A stretch of 64,000 nucleotides of DNA from a virus. The translations under genes and the position numbers were made by a program. Below the pieces are notes generated by a model. The model saw only the letters and a list, made by a program, of their open reading frames with translations. It was not told the DNA's origin and made no database searches. Where the stretch lies: IMG/VR virus record IMGVR_UViG_3300017991_000003, positions 128,001-192,000 of that record. One strand, 5' to 3'. Of this stretch, positions 28,187 through 38,000 are shown piece by piece. The first letter of the stretch is position 1; each line of letters opens with the position of its first letter.

Positions 28187-28372
28187 TCACGGCCTCACCC
28201 CACGGATCTTGTAGTAGGCCAAGGCGCAGGCCCCGAGGGGCCATAGCGCGACGGCACTGAAGGTCGGGGTGCCCTTCATCCGGGCACGGTCACAGGTCTT
28301 GGCGAGGGCCAGGAGTTCGTGGGAGACGACGGCTCCAAGGGCGTAGAGGGTGGTGAGGGCGAGGTAGATCAC
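28187..28372 (-). CDS. small putative membrane protein (61 aa, two hydrophobic segments), GTG start
   Basis: In-frame C-terminal part of track ORF 28187..28618 (VIYLALTTLYALGAVV...FSAVALWPLGACALAYY); GTG overlaps upstream stop. Confidence 0.3.
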   Translation of the reverse strand: MIYLALTTLYALGAVVSHELLALAKTCDRARMKGTPTFSAVALWPLGACALAYYKIRGVRP

Positions 28373-28761
28373 GGCTTGTCCTCCGGTGCGGGTGTAGGTG
28401 GGGCGGGGATGGGGAGGTAGCCGACGTACCAGGAGTCGTCCGCGTTGAAGTACTCTCCGTAGCGACAGGTAGATGTCCATTCGGTTCCGTCCCACCGGGC
28501 GACAACACAGGCCAGGGAGTCGCGCTCGCATAGCAAGACCTCGCGCCCGTCCCGAGGCGCACTCTCCATGTCCCGCCACTCGGTAGCCTCGGCAAGCTGG
28601 CGGCGGGCCTCGCGCCACATCTTCATCGCGGCCCTCCGGCGCTCTTGGTCGTGCTGGGCGTCGGCCTCCAGGTCGGCCACTAGGGCCAGGAGGGCACCGC
28701 GGCGCCCCGTGAACATGGTGGCCTTGGCCAGCAGCGCCCGCGCCTCGTCGAGCCTACTCAT
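28369..28761 (-). CDS. hypothetical protein (130 aa)
   Basis: Track ORF 28369..28806 trimmed to the ATG at 28761, which abuts the upstream stop. Confidence 0.45.
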   Translation of the reverse strand: MSRLDEARALLAKATMFTGRRGALLALVADLEADAQHDQERRRAAMKMWREARRQLAEATEWRDMESAPRDGREVLLCERDSLACVVARWDGTEWTSTCRYGEYFNADDSWYVGYLPIPAPPTPAPEDKP

Positions 28762-29413
28762 CGCTTCCTCCCAGGCCAGCGGCCCGTGCGGCGGCGCGGG
28801 CTTCAAAGAGACTGTTGTAGTGGATGTGGGGTTCGTCGAGCCACCGCTCGACCTTGCCGAACAGCTCCTCCCCCGCCGCGACCTTGGCCCTCAGGGCGGC
28901 CCAGGCTTCACGCGGGTTGGCGTTGGGGCACAGGTCTTCGTGCATCACGGAGTCGCAGCCGTCCAAGCAGTCAGGCCCCTCGTTGATGATGGCGGTCAGC
29001 CGTTCGACCTCGGCGCGGGTTTCGGCAAGCTGCGCGGAGGCTTTGACCGCTTCGTCCCAGCCGCGCTCGGGCTCGGTGTGGGCGAGGGCGGCGTCGATGT
29101 CGTCGATCCTCCCGGTGTCGTCGTCGCAGAAGTCGCACTCGTAGAACTTGGCGAGGAGCCAGCGAACGTCCTCCTCTAGCACCCGGACGCGCTCGGCCAG
29201 GGCGTCGCGATCGCGCCAGAGCCCGGCCAGAGCCTCATTGGAGATCGGGGACTCGACGACCCGCTCGCGCTCGGTGGATTCGCGGGCGATAGCGTCTCGG
29301 AGGGCCCGGCGATCCGACGCCATCTCGGGCGAGTCCTCGTCGTAGTTGATCGCGGTGCAGATCAGGTTGTCGATGCACTCCTCGACGCTCGGGGTGGAGT
29401 GATTAGTGGTCAT
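28754..29413 (-). CDS. hypothetical Cys-containing coiled-coil protein (219 aa), member of 3-gene paralog family
   Basis: Internal ATG (MTTNHSTPSVEE) of track ORF 28754..29629; CxxC-like motifs (CDFCDDD, CLDGCD); N-terminus similar to the next two upstream genes. Confidence 0.55.
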   Translation of the reverse strand: MTTNHSTPSVEECIDNLICTAINYDEDSPEMASDRRALRDAIARESTERERVVESPISNEALAGLWRDRDALAERVRVLEEDVRWLLAKFYECDFCDDDTGRIDDIDAALAHTEPERGWDEAVKASAQLAETRAEVERLTAIINEGPDCLDGCDSVMHEDLCPNANPREAWAALRAKVAAGEELFGKVERWLDEPHIHYNSLFEARAAARAAGLGGSDE

Positions 29414-30377
29414 TTTGAATCTCCGGGGCGGTGTGGTCAGTACAGAAACGGCTACCCTCAATGGTGTCGGCGTTGCACCGGGGCTCCCCGATAGGGTGGA
29501 CGGGACACTTGCCCGGGGCGGCGGGCTCGGTGCGGGCGGCCTCCTCGTCGAGGCGCTCCTCGTCGTCCACGAACTTGCACGACGGGCAGAACGGGCCGGG
29601 GTGGTTATGCCCGGCGGTGAACGGACCAACCGTGTCGTCGCAGGACACGCAAGTCAGGGGCCCATCCGGGGCGGCGGGGCGGTTATCCCACCATGCAGCA
29701 CCTTTCGGGTTGCCGTGGCCGCACCCATCCTCCGAGGAGCCGCACTCCTCACAGAAGGTGTCGCCCGGCAGCGGCTGATCATGCAGGTCGCACGGCCCCG
29801 CCTCGAACGGTAGGCGTTTGAAGCGGGTGGCGTTCACCGCCTCGATGGCTCGCTCGGACCACGGGTTGACCTCGGGCTCGGTGCGGGCCAGGGCGGTGTC
29901 GAGGCGTTCCCAGAAGTCCCCAGGCGCGGGGCGGGAAAAGTAGCTCATCTTGGGCGACCGGGAGTGCTGTTTCATCTCGGCACCAAGCGCCTCCAGCGCC
30001 CGGATCCGCTCGGCCAGGGCGTTGCGCTCGGCTTCGAGTTCCCGCTCGCGCTCGGCGGACTCGACGCGGAGTTTGACGTACCCAGCGCCCACCTCTTCGA
30101 GCTTGCGTTGGAGGTCGGCCTCGCGTTCGGCGGACTCCTCGACCTGTACGGCCATGACCTTCACGCAGTCGTTCACGTTGTCGTGCGGGCAGTCGCCGGT
30201 CGCGCAGCCGTGCCATTGGGGCTCGCGCTCGGCGGGCTCGCGGCCAGCACGGATCAGGCGGGCGGCATTGTGGTAGTTAGCCTGGTCCTCCGTGTTGCCT
30301 TGTAGGCGCGACTCCTCCTCTCGGAGCGCCAGGAACTCCAGCGTCCACTCGAGGCTCGGGGTGGGGTGGTTACTCAT
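29403..30377 (-). CDS. hypothetical multi-Cys (zinc-binding-like) protein (324 aa), paralog family member
   Basis: Internal ATG (MSNHPTPSLEW) of track ORF 29403..30833; at least eight CxxC/CxnC pairs; the Arg-rich N-terminal extension is judged spurious. Confidence 0.55.
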   Translation of the reverse strand: MSNHPTPSLEWTLEFLALREEESRLQGNTEDQANYHNAARLIRAGREPAEREPQWHGCATGDCPHDNVNDCVKVMAVQVEESAEREADLQRKLEEVGAGYVKLRVESAERERELEAERNALAERIRALEALGAEMKQHSRSPKMSYFSRPAPGDFWERLDTALARTEPEVNPWSERAIEAVNATRFKRLPFEAGPCDLHDQPLPGDTFCEECGSSEDGCGHGNPKGAAWWDNRPAAPDGPLTCVSCDDTVGPFTAGHNHPGPFCPSCKFVDDEERLDEEAARTEPAAPGKCPVHPIGEPRCNADTIEGSRFCTDHTAPEIQNDH

Positions 30378-30534
30378 CGGTCTGCTCCGGTGTGTAGGGG
30401 TTGTCGGTCGGGTCCTGGCCGAAGGCGTGGTTCCACCCCAAAGCGTACGCCTCGGCCTTCGCGGCCTGGATCGCGGCGTAGAGGGCGGACTCGGCGGCGT
30501 CGCGGTCCCGCATCCTCCAAGGGCGTGGGTCCAT
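30370..30534 (-). CDS. questionable small ORF (54 aa)
   Basis: C-terminal in-frame part of track ORF 30370..30912 starting at MDPRPWRM; fills the gap between neighbours. Confidence 0.2.
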   Translation of the reverse strand: MDPRPWRMRDRDAAESALYAAIQAAKAEAYALGWNHAFGQDPTDNPYTPEQTDE

Positions 30535-30592
30535 GCAATACTGCGACTGCGCCGAGATGGCCTGGCGGACCTCCTTCTCGCACGGTCGGGGG

Positions 30593-30916
30593 CTATCCAC
30601 GGGCGGCCTCCTGCGCGGCCCGACGGACCGCATCCAGCTCCTTCTTCCTGGTTGCCGCCCAGTCCTTCGCTTTGAAGTAGGCGGACTCGGCCACGCGCAG
30701 CGCCCGGTCCCACGCCTCGGCCTCCGTCGGACACCAATCCTCGATCGAGACCGTGGTGAGGTGCTCGGTGGCGCGGCACCGCTCCACGCGGATCTGCTTC
30801 GCGGTCCGCTTGAGGACGGGGACGACGAAGCACTTGGGTGTCGGGTCGTTGTAGCTCGCGGACCGCACAACGTAGTGGAACTCTTCGTCTTGGTTCGGGG
30901 TCGGTTGGTCACTCAT
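30593..30916 (-). CDS. hypothetical protein (107 aa), paralog family member
   Basis: Internal ATG (MSDQPTPNQDEE) of track ORF 30593..31036; 5' end similar at DNA level to the 29403..30377 start region. Confidence 0.5.
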   Translation of the reverse strand: MSDQPTPNQDEEFHYVVRSASYNDPTPKCFVVPVLKRTAKQIRVERCRATEHLTTVSIEDWCPTEAEAWDRALRVAESAYFKAKDWAATRKKELDAVRRAAQEAARG

Positions 30917-30953
30917 CGGTCTTGTCCTCCTTGGGGTCGAGCCAGGGGGCGGC

Positions 30954-31151
30954 TCATTGGAAATCCTCATGCCCCGAGTCGCGGAGCCTCTTGATTTCGC
31001 CCTGTGCCCAGTCCAGGCACTCACGAGAGTGGGCAATCAGCGCTTCAGCCTTGTGAATCGACTCCCTGTGCTTCTTGACCCATGCTGTGAGGCTGTCACG
31101 TATGGATTCGTCGCGCGGGCGAAGCCCATGGAATCTGTAGAAGGCGATCAT
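30954..31151 (-). CDS. hypothetical small protein (65 aa)
   Basis: Track ORF; 4-nt overlap with upstream gene. Confidence 0.4.
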   Translation of the reverse strand: MIAFYRFHGLRPRDESIRDSLTAWVKKHRESIHKAEALIAHSRECLDWAQGEIKRLRDSGHEDFQ

Positions 31152-31393
31152 CGCGGGCCCTCCTGCTCCAGGTGGGCGTCGATCAGGTCCAGCATTTCCA
31201 GGGCATCCTGGAGGGCTTCCTCCTTAGAGTAGCGCCACTCCCTCTCCCCGCTGTAGGAGAGGAAACCCTGCCAGAACCCGCCGGCCATGCGGTCGAGGCG
31301 GTCTCGGCGGACTTCTTTCGGAGATTGAGGGGCCGGCAGGACCCCCTCGGCGACGAGGTTCCTCACGACAAACTCAATGTCATTGCTATTCAT
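31148..31393 (-). CDS. hypothetical protein (81 aa)
   Basis: Track ORF; overlaps both neighbours. Confidence 0.45.
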   Translation of the reverse strand: MNSNDIEFVVRNLVAEGVLPAPQSPKEVRRDRLDRMAGGFWQGFLSYSGEREWRYSKEEALQDALEMLDLIDAHLEQEGPR

Positions 31394-31757
31394 CGCTTCC
31401 CCCCTGCTCCCCGAGGAGCGCGGCGAGGCGAGTTGAAACGGTAGCGGTGTGGTTCGTCTTCATTGGATACCCCACGTGGTGCAGGAAGGGTTGCAGCTGG
31501 AACAACACCTCCCGGGCCTCAAGGGCGTAGGCCAGGAGGGCGGGGGCGGCGGCAAGAAGTGCGACGAAAGCGTCCAACTCTTTACGAGGCACATCATGAG
31601 GCGCACTACACGACGCCATGAACTTGTTCTCCTTCGTGGGCTTGTCTAGCCGCACGGAGTCGCGAAGCGTGTAGATCAGGCGGTCTTCGACAAGGAGTTC
31701 GGGTATGTGTCCGGCCAGTGCGTCCAGGTCGAGCTCGTTGTAGTGGGTGGGGTTCAT
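31386..31757 (-). CDS. hypothetical protein (123 aa)
   Basis: Track ORF 31386..31826 trimmed to internal ATG (MNPTHYNELDL) so that the conserved upstream motif is non-coding. Confidence 0.5.
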   Translation of the reverse strand: MNPTHYNELDLDALAGHIPELLVEDRLIYTLRDSVRLDKPTKENKFMASCSAPHDVPRKELDAFVALLAAAPALLAYALEAREVLFQLQPFLHHVGYPMKTNHTATVSTRLAALLGEQGGSDE

Positions 31758-31787
31758 TGTTCGGTCCGTGGTAAGAGAAACAGGCGT

Positions 31788-31805
31788 CAGTGGACTTATG
31801 CCACG
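31788..31805 (-). promoter_or_regulatory. GKCATRAGTC motif copy 4 (GGCATAAGTC on minus strand), ~35 nt upstream of start at 31757
   Basis: Same decamer and spacing as copies at ~4391, ~14248 and variant at ~15912. Confidence 0.4.
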
Positions 31806-31838
31806 GACGCCTGCTCTATCTGGCACTGGTACCTAGTG

Positions 31839-32039
31839 TCAGCCTTCGTACAGCTTCTGGACCGATGTCCCCAGCGCCTTGGCGATCTTGCTCATGGTCG
31901 GCCACTTAGGGATGAAGCGGCTGTGCTCGGCAGCGTTGATGTACTGACGCTCTTTACCTACACGTCGACCCAGCTCAGCTTGGCTCATATTTTTAGCCTC
32001 GCGTAGCTGGGCGATTCGATCTCCGGGGGAGTCACTCAT
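31839..32039 (-). CDS. XRE-family helix-turn-helix transcriptional regulator (66 aa)
   Basis: MSQAELGRRVGKERQYINAAEHSRFIPKWPTMSKIAKALG matches the Cro/C1-type HTH pattern; lies immediately upstream of the promoter-like motif. Confidence 0.65.
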   Translation of the reverse strand: MSDSPGDRIAQLREAKNMSQAELGRRVGKERQYINAAEHSRFIPKWPTMSKIAKALGTSVQKLYEG

Positions 32040-32043
32040 GGGG

Positions 32044-32901
32044 CTACAGCAGGCTCGAGAACTTCAGTTGATCACCCGCGATGCTGACCGTGGGCTCAAC
32101 GCCTGTGATCTCTGCGTAGGCAGAGACCATTCCAGCTAGCTCCATCACAGGTAGTACGTCCTTGTCGTTGTGGACCCAGGCCTGAAGACATAGGCGCCGG
32201 GTCCGGTTTTCTCCATGAACACCCGCGACCGTGGTCTGAAGGACGATCGACGGGCTTAGGAGGCCTAGATCGGCCAGCTGTCCCAGAATATTGCGAAGGA
32301 CTCCTGCGAGGTCCTTCTCCTCCGTGTTGGCAGGTTCCGCAGTATCGGGATCTTCCGCCTCGGTGTCCCACGAGCTGAGAGCGTCAAGCGTGTCCTCAGC
32401 GGCCAGAGGCTCGTCATCCTCGTCATCAGCCGGACCCAGGTCTGGGACAGGCCGGCGATCGCCAAGCTCGTTGAGCCACAACCACGTTGTGGCGTAGGCA
32501 ATAAGGACCCCCGTGTGGAACGGATGCTCCTCGAGCCTGCCGATCGTGTCTGCGATGCCGGGGAAGGCCTCGATCATTGCCTGAGCCAGCGGAGTCGAGG
32601 TCTCGGAGTGGCTTAGCTGATCATCGGCCTCGGCTTGATCACTGAGGGTAGGGCCTTCGACGCCGAGGCTACCGAAGGGGTTATCTCCAAACTCGGCCTC
32701 GAGGGCGCCGTGAATGTGTTGGAAGCCGGCAAGCCGTCCGCGGGTCTCATCATCACCGTCAGGACCGAAGCCCTTGGCAATCTGCCCGAGCAGAGGGAAG
32801 TCCTGACTGGTGAGCGAGATATCGAGAGAATCGAGCTCGTGCTCGGGATTACGCGGCGGGTCCGCCAGGGCGATGGCGTTGATGAGTGGTTGGATGTCCA
32901 T
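32044..32901 (-). CDS. hypothetical acidic protein (285 aa)
   Basis: Track ORF; Asp/Glu-rich; first gene of the leftward block, divergent from the structural operon. Confidence 0.55.
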   Translation of the reverse strand: MDIQPLINAIALADPPRNPEHELDSLDISLTSQDFPLLGQIAKGFGPDGDDETRGRLAGFQHIHGALEAEFGDNPFGSLGVEGPTLSDQAEADDQLSHSETSTPLAQAMIEAFPGIADTIGRLEEHPFHTGVLIAYATTWLWLNELGDRRPVPDLGPADDEDDEPLAAEDTLDALSSWDTEAEDPDTAEPANTEEKDLAGVLRNILGQLADLGLLSPSIVLQTTVAGVHGENRTRRLCLQAWVHNDKDVLPVMELAGMVSAYAEITGVEPTVSIAGDQLKFSSLL

Positions 32902-32989
32902 GGGCTGGTCTTAGGAGGAAGGCCTGGCTCGCAGTGCAAGATAGACACCGCTACGAGGCTTGTCAACATTCCTATACGACCTTCTAGGC

Positions 32990-35047
32990 ATGGTTCCTGG
33001 CCGACTCGGTGTCTATAATCCGTTGAGCCTGCGCACCTTAGACCCGGAGCACGCAAACAAGATGGCGGCCGAAACTCCGAATAGGTTCAGTGTCCCAGTT
33101 GAGACGCTGATCCTTCAACTGCTCGAGGAGCAGCACCCTCAACTACATGTCGCCCCCGGGTCGGCTACCTATGACACCCTCGTCACCCCGATGGCGTTGG
33201 TGCTTCAGCCGTTCCGCGACTACCTGCGCGTGATTCAGAGGAACCAGAGCCTCAAGAACGCGCAGACCATGCTGCCCGAGGAGCTGGACCGCCTGGCCAG
33301 TAACTTCCTGGTCGACCGTCGCCAAGGTACCAAGGCACTCGGGGTTCAGCGGGTGCTTTTCCCCACGCTCCAGCAGGTGTCCGTGCCGGCTTCCGCGCGC
33401 TTCACGGACGACAACGGCAACAGGTACCAGCCGGTGACCTCGGTTCAGGTGAGCACCACCACCTTGGCTAATAACGTGGTGGCTGCTACCGGGGAGTACT
33501 ACGTGGATGTCCCGGTCATCGCTGAGCAGCCTGGGGAGGGCAGCGCCGCCCTCGCCGGGGCTGTGACCCAGTTCAGCGGTATTCCCGGAGCGGCACGTAC
33601 GTTCAACGCGTCTGACTACTTCCAGGGCTCGGCTGGCGAGAGCAACAGCCAGCTCGTGGCCCGCATCAAGAGCAGTGTGGCTAACCGAGAGCTGGTCAAG
33701 GCCGCCTCGATCGAAGCCCTCCTGCTTGAGACTTTCCCCAGCATCAGGGACCTGGCTGTCCGGGGCTATGGGGATAGTCTGATGACCCGCGATACGGTGG
33801 ATGTGGTCCTGGCCAGCCACAAGCTGTTCGAGCAGAGCTTTGCCCAGAAGGTGAACCTACCTCTGGACTCTGAGGGCGAGGTTCAGTGGATCACGGACGC
33901 TGGAGAGGAGATCACGGCCCCCATCGGCGGGTTCGTGGGCGCTGTCTACGACCTGACGGGTAAGGACTTCAACGCCCTCAACGTCACCTTGGACGGCCAG
34001 ATCTACGAGGTCGTGAGTGCCCAGCCGGGCAACAAGCTCCGCTTCCTGAACTCGGACGACCCCGACGCGGTCAACAACGATTACCGCATCACCCGCGTCG
34101 AGGAGGTGCCTGTGGCCCCCGGCGGGGACGCTGTGAAGGTCTTGCGGCTCGATCGAGCGCTCTCTGATACCGCTGAGGTCGACGTCTCCACCAATCTCGA
34201 CAGCGTGCCGTATACCGTGATCGGCCGGTTCAATACCAGCCGCTTCCATGTGGGCGGTAAGGTGGATGTCTACGTGGACTCCACAGCTGATATCGAGCAG
34301 ACGGTCACGGTCAGCAACCTACCCGCGGTCAACGACCAGACCCTGGATGTGGGCGAGATCCCGCTGACTCAGAGCTTCATCAACGACAACGGCGCCAACC
34401 TTTTCGAAGGTAACACAGGCTTTACAGCTCCGGTAATCGCTGTGACCAAGGTCGAGCAGCTGGATCCCACCAACAGCAGCGTAGTGATTCGGGAGCTCAC
34501 CCCTGACGTCCACTACGTCCAGGTCACCGCAGCGAGCCGCGGCCGCTTCACGCAGGCCACCAACGACGTACTGGTCATCCGAGGTACCGAGGTTGACCCA
34601 GTCACCGGCGAGGAGGTCCCTCTCTTCGTGGGGCAGCGGCTCAAGGTCACCTACATCACCAACCCGGACATTCCTTTGATTCAGGACTTCGTAGATGCCT
34701 CGGATCAGAGGGACTTGACCAAGGACATTCAGATCCTCACGCCGACCGTGGTGCTCTTGAATCTGGATCTTGAGTACGCAGGTACCTTGCCTGTGGGTGA
34801 TGTTCAGACGATCATCAGGGAGTACATCGAATCCAAGGGCCTCGGCGCCTCGGTCTCGGTGAACGAGATCGTCACGGTCCTCTCTTACTTCGGGGTTACG
34901 GACGTCACCATGCCGGTACGCCTACGCAGCCGACAGGCCACAGGAAGCGGCTCCTTCACTTTCAACGAGAGCGAGGATCGCCTCTCCGTCGACAGCAACT
35001 CGGTGTTCGTGCCTGACTCGGGCCTGAACATCACCAAGGTCGGGTAA
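32990..35047 (+). CDS. putative baseplate-type structural protein (assignment tentative)
   Basis: Long ORF directly preceding the giant fibre gene; start ambiguous (track TTG 32960, ATG 32990, ATG 33062); baseplate call based on gene order and loose resemblance only. Confidence 0.5.
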   Translation: MVPGRLGVYNPLSLRTLDPEHANKMAAETPNRFSVPVETLILQLLEEQHPQLHVAPGSATYDTLVTPMALVLQPFRDYLRVIQRNQSLKNAQTMLPEELDRLASNFLVDRRQGTKALGVQRVLFPTLQQVSVPASARFTDDNGNRYQPVTSVQVSTTTLANNVVAATGEYYVDVPVIAEQPGEGSAALAGAVTQFSGIPGAARTFNASDYFQGSAGESNSQLVARIKSSVANRELVKAASIEALLLETFPSIRDLAVRGYGDSLMTRDTVDVVLASHKLFEQSFAQKVNLPLDSEGEVQWITDAGEEITAPIGGFVGAVYDLTGKDFNALNVTLDGQIYEVVSAQPGNKLRFLNSDDPDAVNNDYRITRVEEVPVAPGGDAVKVLRLDRALSDTAEVDVSTNLDSVPYTVIGRFNTSRFHVGGKVDVYVDSTADIEQTVTVSNLPAVNDQTLDVGEIPLTQSFINDNGANLFEGNTGFTAPVIAVTKVEQLDPTNSSVVIRELTPDVHYVQVTAASRGRFTQATNDVLVIRGTEVDPVTGEEVPLFVGQRLKVTYITNPDIPLIQDFVDASDQRDLTKDIQILTPTVVLLNLDLEYAGTLPVGDVQTIIREYIESKGLGASVSVNEIVTVLSYFGVTDVTMPVRLRSRQATGSGSFTFNESEDRLSVDSNSVFVPDSGLNITKVG
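33015..33024 (+). promoter_or_regulatory. candidate -10 element TATAAT for the rightward structural operon
   Basis: Perfect TATAAT in a GC-rich divergent region ~40 nt upstream of the ATG at 33062; no convincing -35; could instead lie inside the CDS if the start is 32990. Confidence 0.25.
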
Positions 35048-35053
35048 CCCTAC

Positions 35054-38000
35054 ATGACTTCGGACAAGGTCTTTCAGTCGGACTCGCTCTTCGACTACCT
35101 CCCCAGCTACTGGAAGAGCTCGTTCGGCGACCGCCCGGTCCTCGAGACGGTCTACGAGGCCCTCGTGCGGTCCATGGACGTGGACTGGGTGCGCCTATTC
35201 GCTGCTAACGACACGCGCGAGCTCGCCACCACTCCTGTCACCACCACCCACACGCTAGTCCACCAGCCTCTGGGCAGCTGGACGAGCCTAGAGGTGGCTC
35301 ACGGTCACTACCATACGTGGCTGGACTGGCCGGCGGCCACTGGGAGCCCCGAGACCTATGTGATTCGACTGGAGGACCACGTCCTCACGCGTCCGCGGCT
35401 GTTCTTCGACGGCCGGGCCATCCCCAGCTTCCTCTATCGCCTGGATACGAGCCACTGGTCTAGTGGCGGCTCGGTGGTCTACGGCACCACCATCACGTTC
35501 GACAAGGCTCAGCTCGATTCCTTCCTCGACGGTAGCTATCTGAGCCTGCAAGGCCAGTCAGGCGAGAATACGAGCCAGGAGTGGACCCCTGCTGATGTCA
35601 TCGAGCGGCTCGGGATCCTCGCCTACAGGGATCAGCGCCCCTTCACGGGGTCTGGAGACGCCTCCACCACCGCGTTTGAGTTCACGATCGGAGGGTCCGC
35701 GGCTGTCGTAGAGGCTTTTGACGCAATGGCTTACGTCGAGAGCATCGACGTCACAAGCCGTGTCACGGTCGCCGCCGTTACAGGCGGTTTCAGCATCACT
35801 CCCAAGCCCGCAGGCGGCTTTGGGGCCGGGATGCTGCTTCAAGCCACGTTTGACGACGACTCCCAGCAGCTCGTTGAGCTCGACAGCGGTACCGGTTCTG
35901 TGACACTACGAACCAGTGCCAGCTCCGTGACTGGGGTTCGGCTCTTCGTGAACATCCCCCTGGGGGAGCAGCACTACACCGTCACCTCGAGCGCTGTTGA
36001 GCTGCTCGGTGGCGCTGTGTTCCCTGGCGGTACGATCCTCAGAGTCAAGGACGCCAAGGGCATCCAGTCCAAGACGCTCACCGAGCCGCGCTCCCGGGTC
36101 ACCTTTGACCGGGACATCGACACCAACAGCGCTCAGGTCCTCTACCAGGGCACCGATGTGCTCGCCACCGAGGTCTCGACCAGCGGCATCACCTTCGAGC
36201 GCCCCCTCAATAGCGGCGCCCGATGGCGTGTGGATGCTCCTGTGGTGGTGGATCACGACCACGCCCTCTACCGCACAGCTACGGACGGTACGGCCAACAT
36301 CGCTATCCCCACGGCCCGCCCGCTGACACTGGCAGGCAGTGCCACAGATGAGGATTACCCCATCCTCCTGTTCGTGGACGGCGTGCTTCAGGACCCGAGC
36401 ACCTACAGTCCCAGCTCCACGGTCAACCTGGTCCTCCAGTCGCCGCTCCCCTCGGGAATCCCAGTGGATGTGTGGTACGTGGACCAGGAGGAGCCGGCTG
36501 AGCACCTGCACAGCGAGCTCAGTGATGTGGTCCCCCTCTCGGTCCCCGAGCAGTACAGCGTCAGCTACAGTCAGGCTGAGACCTTCGACGACACCACCTG
36601 GCCCCTCACGGTCTTCAGGGACGGCTTCCTGGAGAACGACCCTGACCAGATCCGCACGGTCGACGGCCAGTTCCTTCAGTTCACTGACGCGCTGACCCCG
36701 GGCATCAGGGTGGCGGCCGACGGTCTGCGCACAGAGTTCCGGTACGCCCACACCATCCCCCATAGGGAGGACCTGGACTACGGCTACCGTGGGGACATCC
36801 AGGAGATCGGCACGCTCCAGGACGGGGTGATGAGCCCCAGCTCGGTCAAGAGCCCGGACACCGGCTTCAGCCTCACCCCAGCGGCCAGCCCGGCTGAGAC
36901 AGCTACCCTCAAGGCGTCCATCACCTGGGACGAGGCGTGGCTAACCGGTGTGAAGGTGGATGAGCACCTGCTCGAGACCACCTGGGGTGATCCTGTGGGT
37001 ATCAAGCGACCGGTCAGCTCGACCCGCTACCGCAACCTGCTCATGGCTGTGTACGCAGCCTACCGCGGCCCCAGCTTCGTCGACAGCCTCGTCAACGTCA
37101 GCTCTATCCTCCTAGGCTCGGCCTTCCTACCCACCGCTGGCGTGAGTGGGGGCATCACGCGCTCCTCCACCGGCGTCCAAGTCCTCATCGAGCCCACGGA
37201 CCCCAAGGAGAGCCCGTACACCGTTGACCTGCTCCCTGGTGAGGAGCATCGCATCCTGCCGGCTCCCCGTGAGATGTCTCGGCTCCGCGCGGTCAACAGC
37301 CTCGCCACTGTTAGTGACCGTAGTCTGGACGACATCCCCTGGCTCGCCTTCATGGCCCAGGACGTGGCTGAGGACTACTCGTACGCCAAGCGGCTGGATG
37401 TCAGGAGCTCGAGCAGCTTCAGCAGCATCCCGGCCGGCTACGACAAGACCACCGGCCACCTCACCGACTACAGCGTCAACTACAACGACCAAGAGGTGTG
37501 GGTCGGTGATCTCATCAAGCTGACACTGGTTGCCAGTGCCAGTCCCACGTCTATCATTCAAACCTACACGAGTGATGGCACGTCTCCTCAACAGGTGCAG
37601 CGGCTCGTCTACGACTCGAGCCAACCGACAGCCCGCCTCAGGGCGCATGTCGCCTCACCGGCGGTAAGTACTTACAAACCCGGCCATTACGTCAATCTAG
37701 AGGGTGCTGGGAGCCCCTGGGACACCCTCACCGGCGAGTACTACCAGCTCACCAACGTCAGCCCCGGCTACGCAGCTAGCACTACCAGGCTCACGGCTGA
37801 GTGGATCAGCAGTCACGCTGCTCCCACCATCACGGCTGTCGACTACACGGCGTCTCCTTATCCCGAGCTCCAAGGCTACAACCTCAGCCAGAGCACGAGC
37901 ACGCCTGACTTCCAGTCCTACACGCAGTTCACCACGGTGCAGGAGGTCCTCGGGGATCACACCATCCGGGTGAGCTTCGACGCTACCAGTGAGGTCACCG

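Noticed and set aside
29403-30833. N-terminal extensions of several leftward track ORFs (for example 29403..30833, 28754..29629, 26974..27906, 13570..14244)
   Set aside because: The extensions are Arg/Pro-rich, overlap the upstream gene in another frame, and an internal ATG sits exactly at the upstream stop; internal starts were used.
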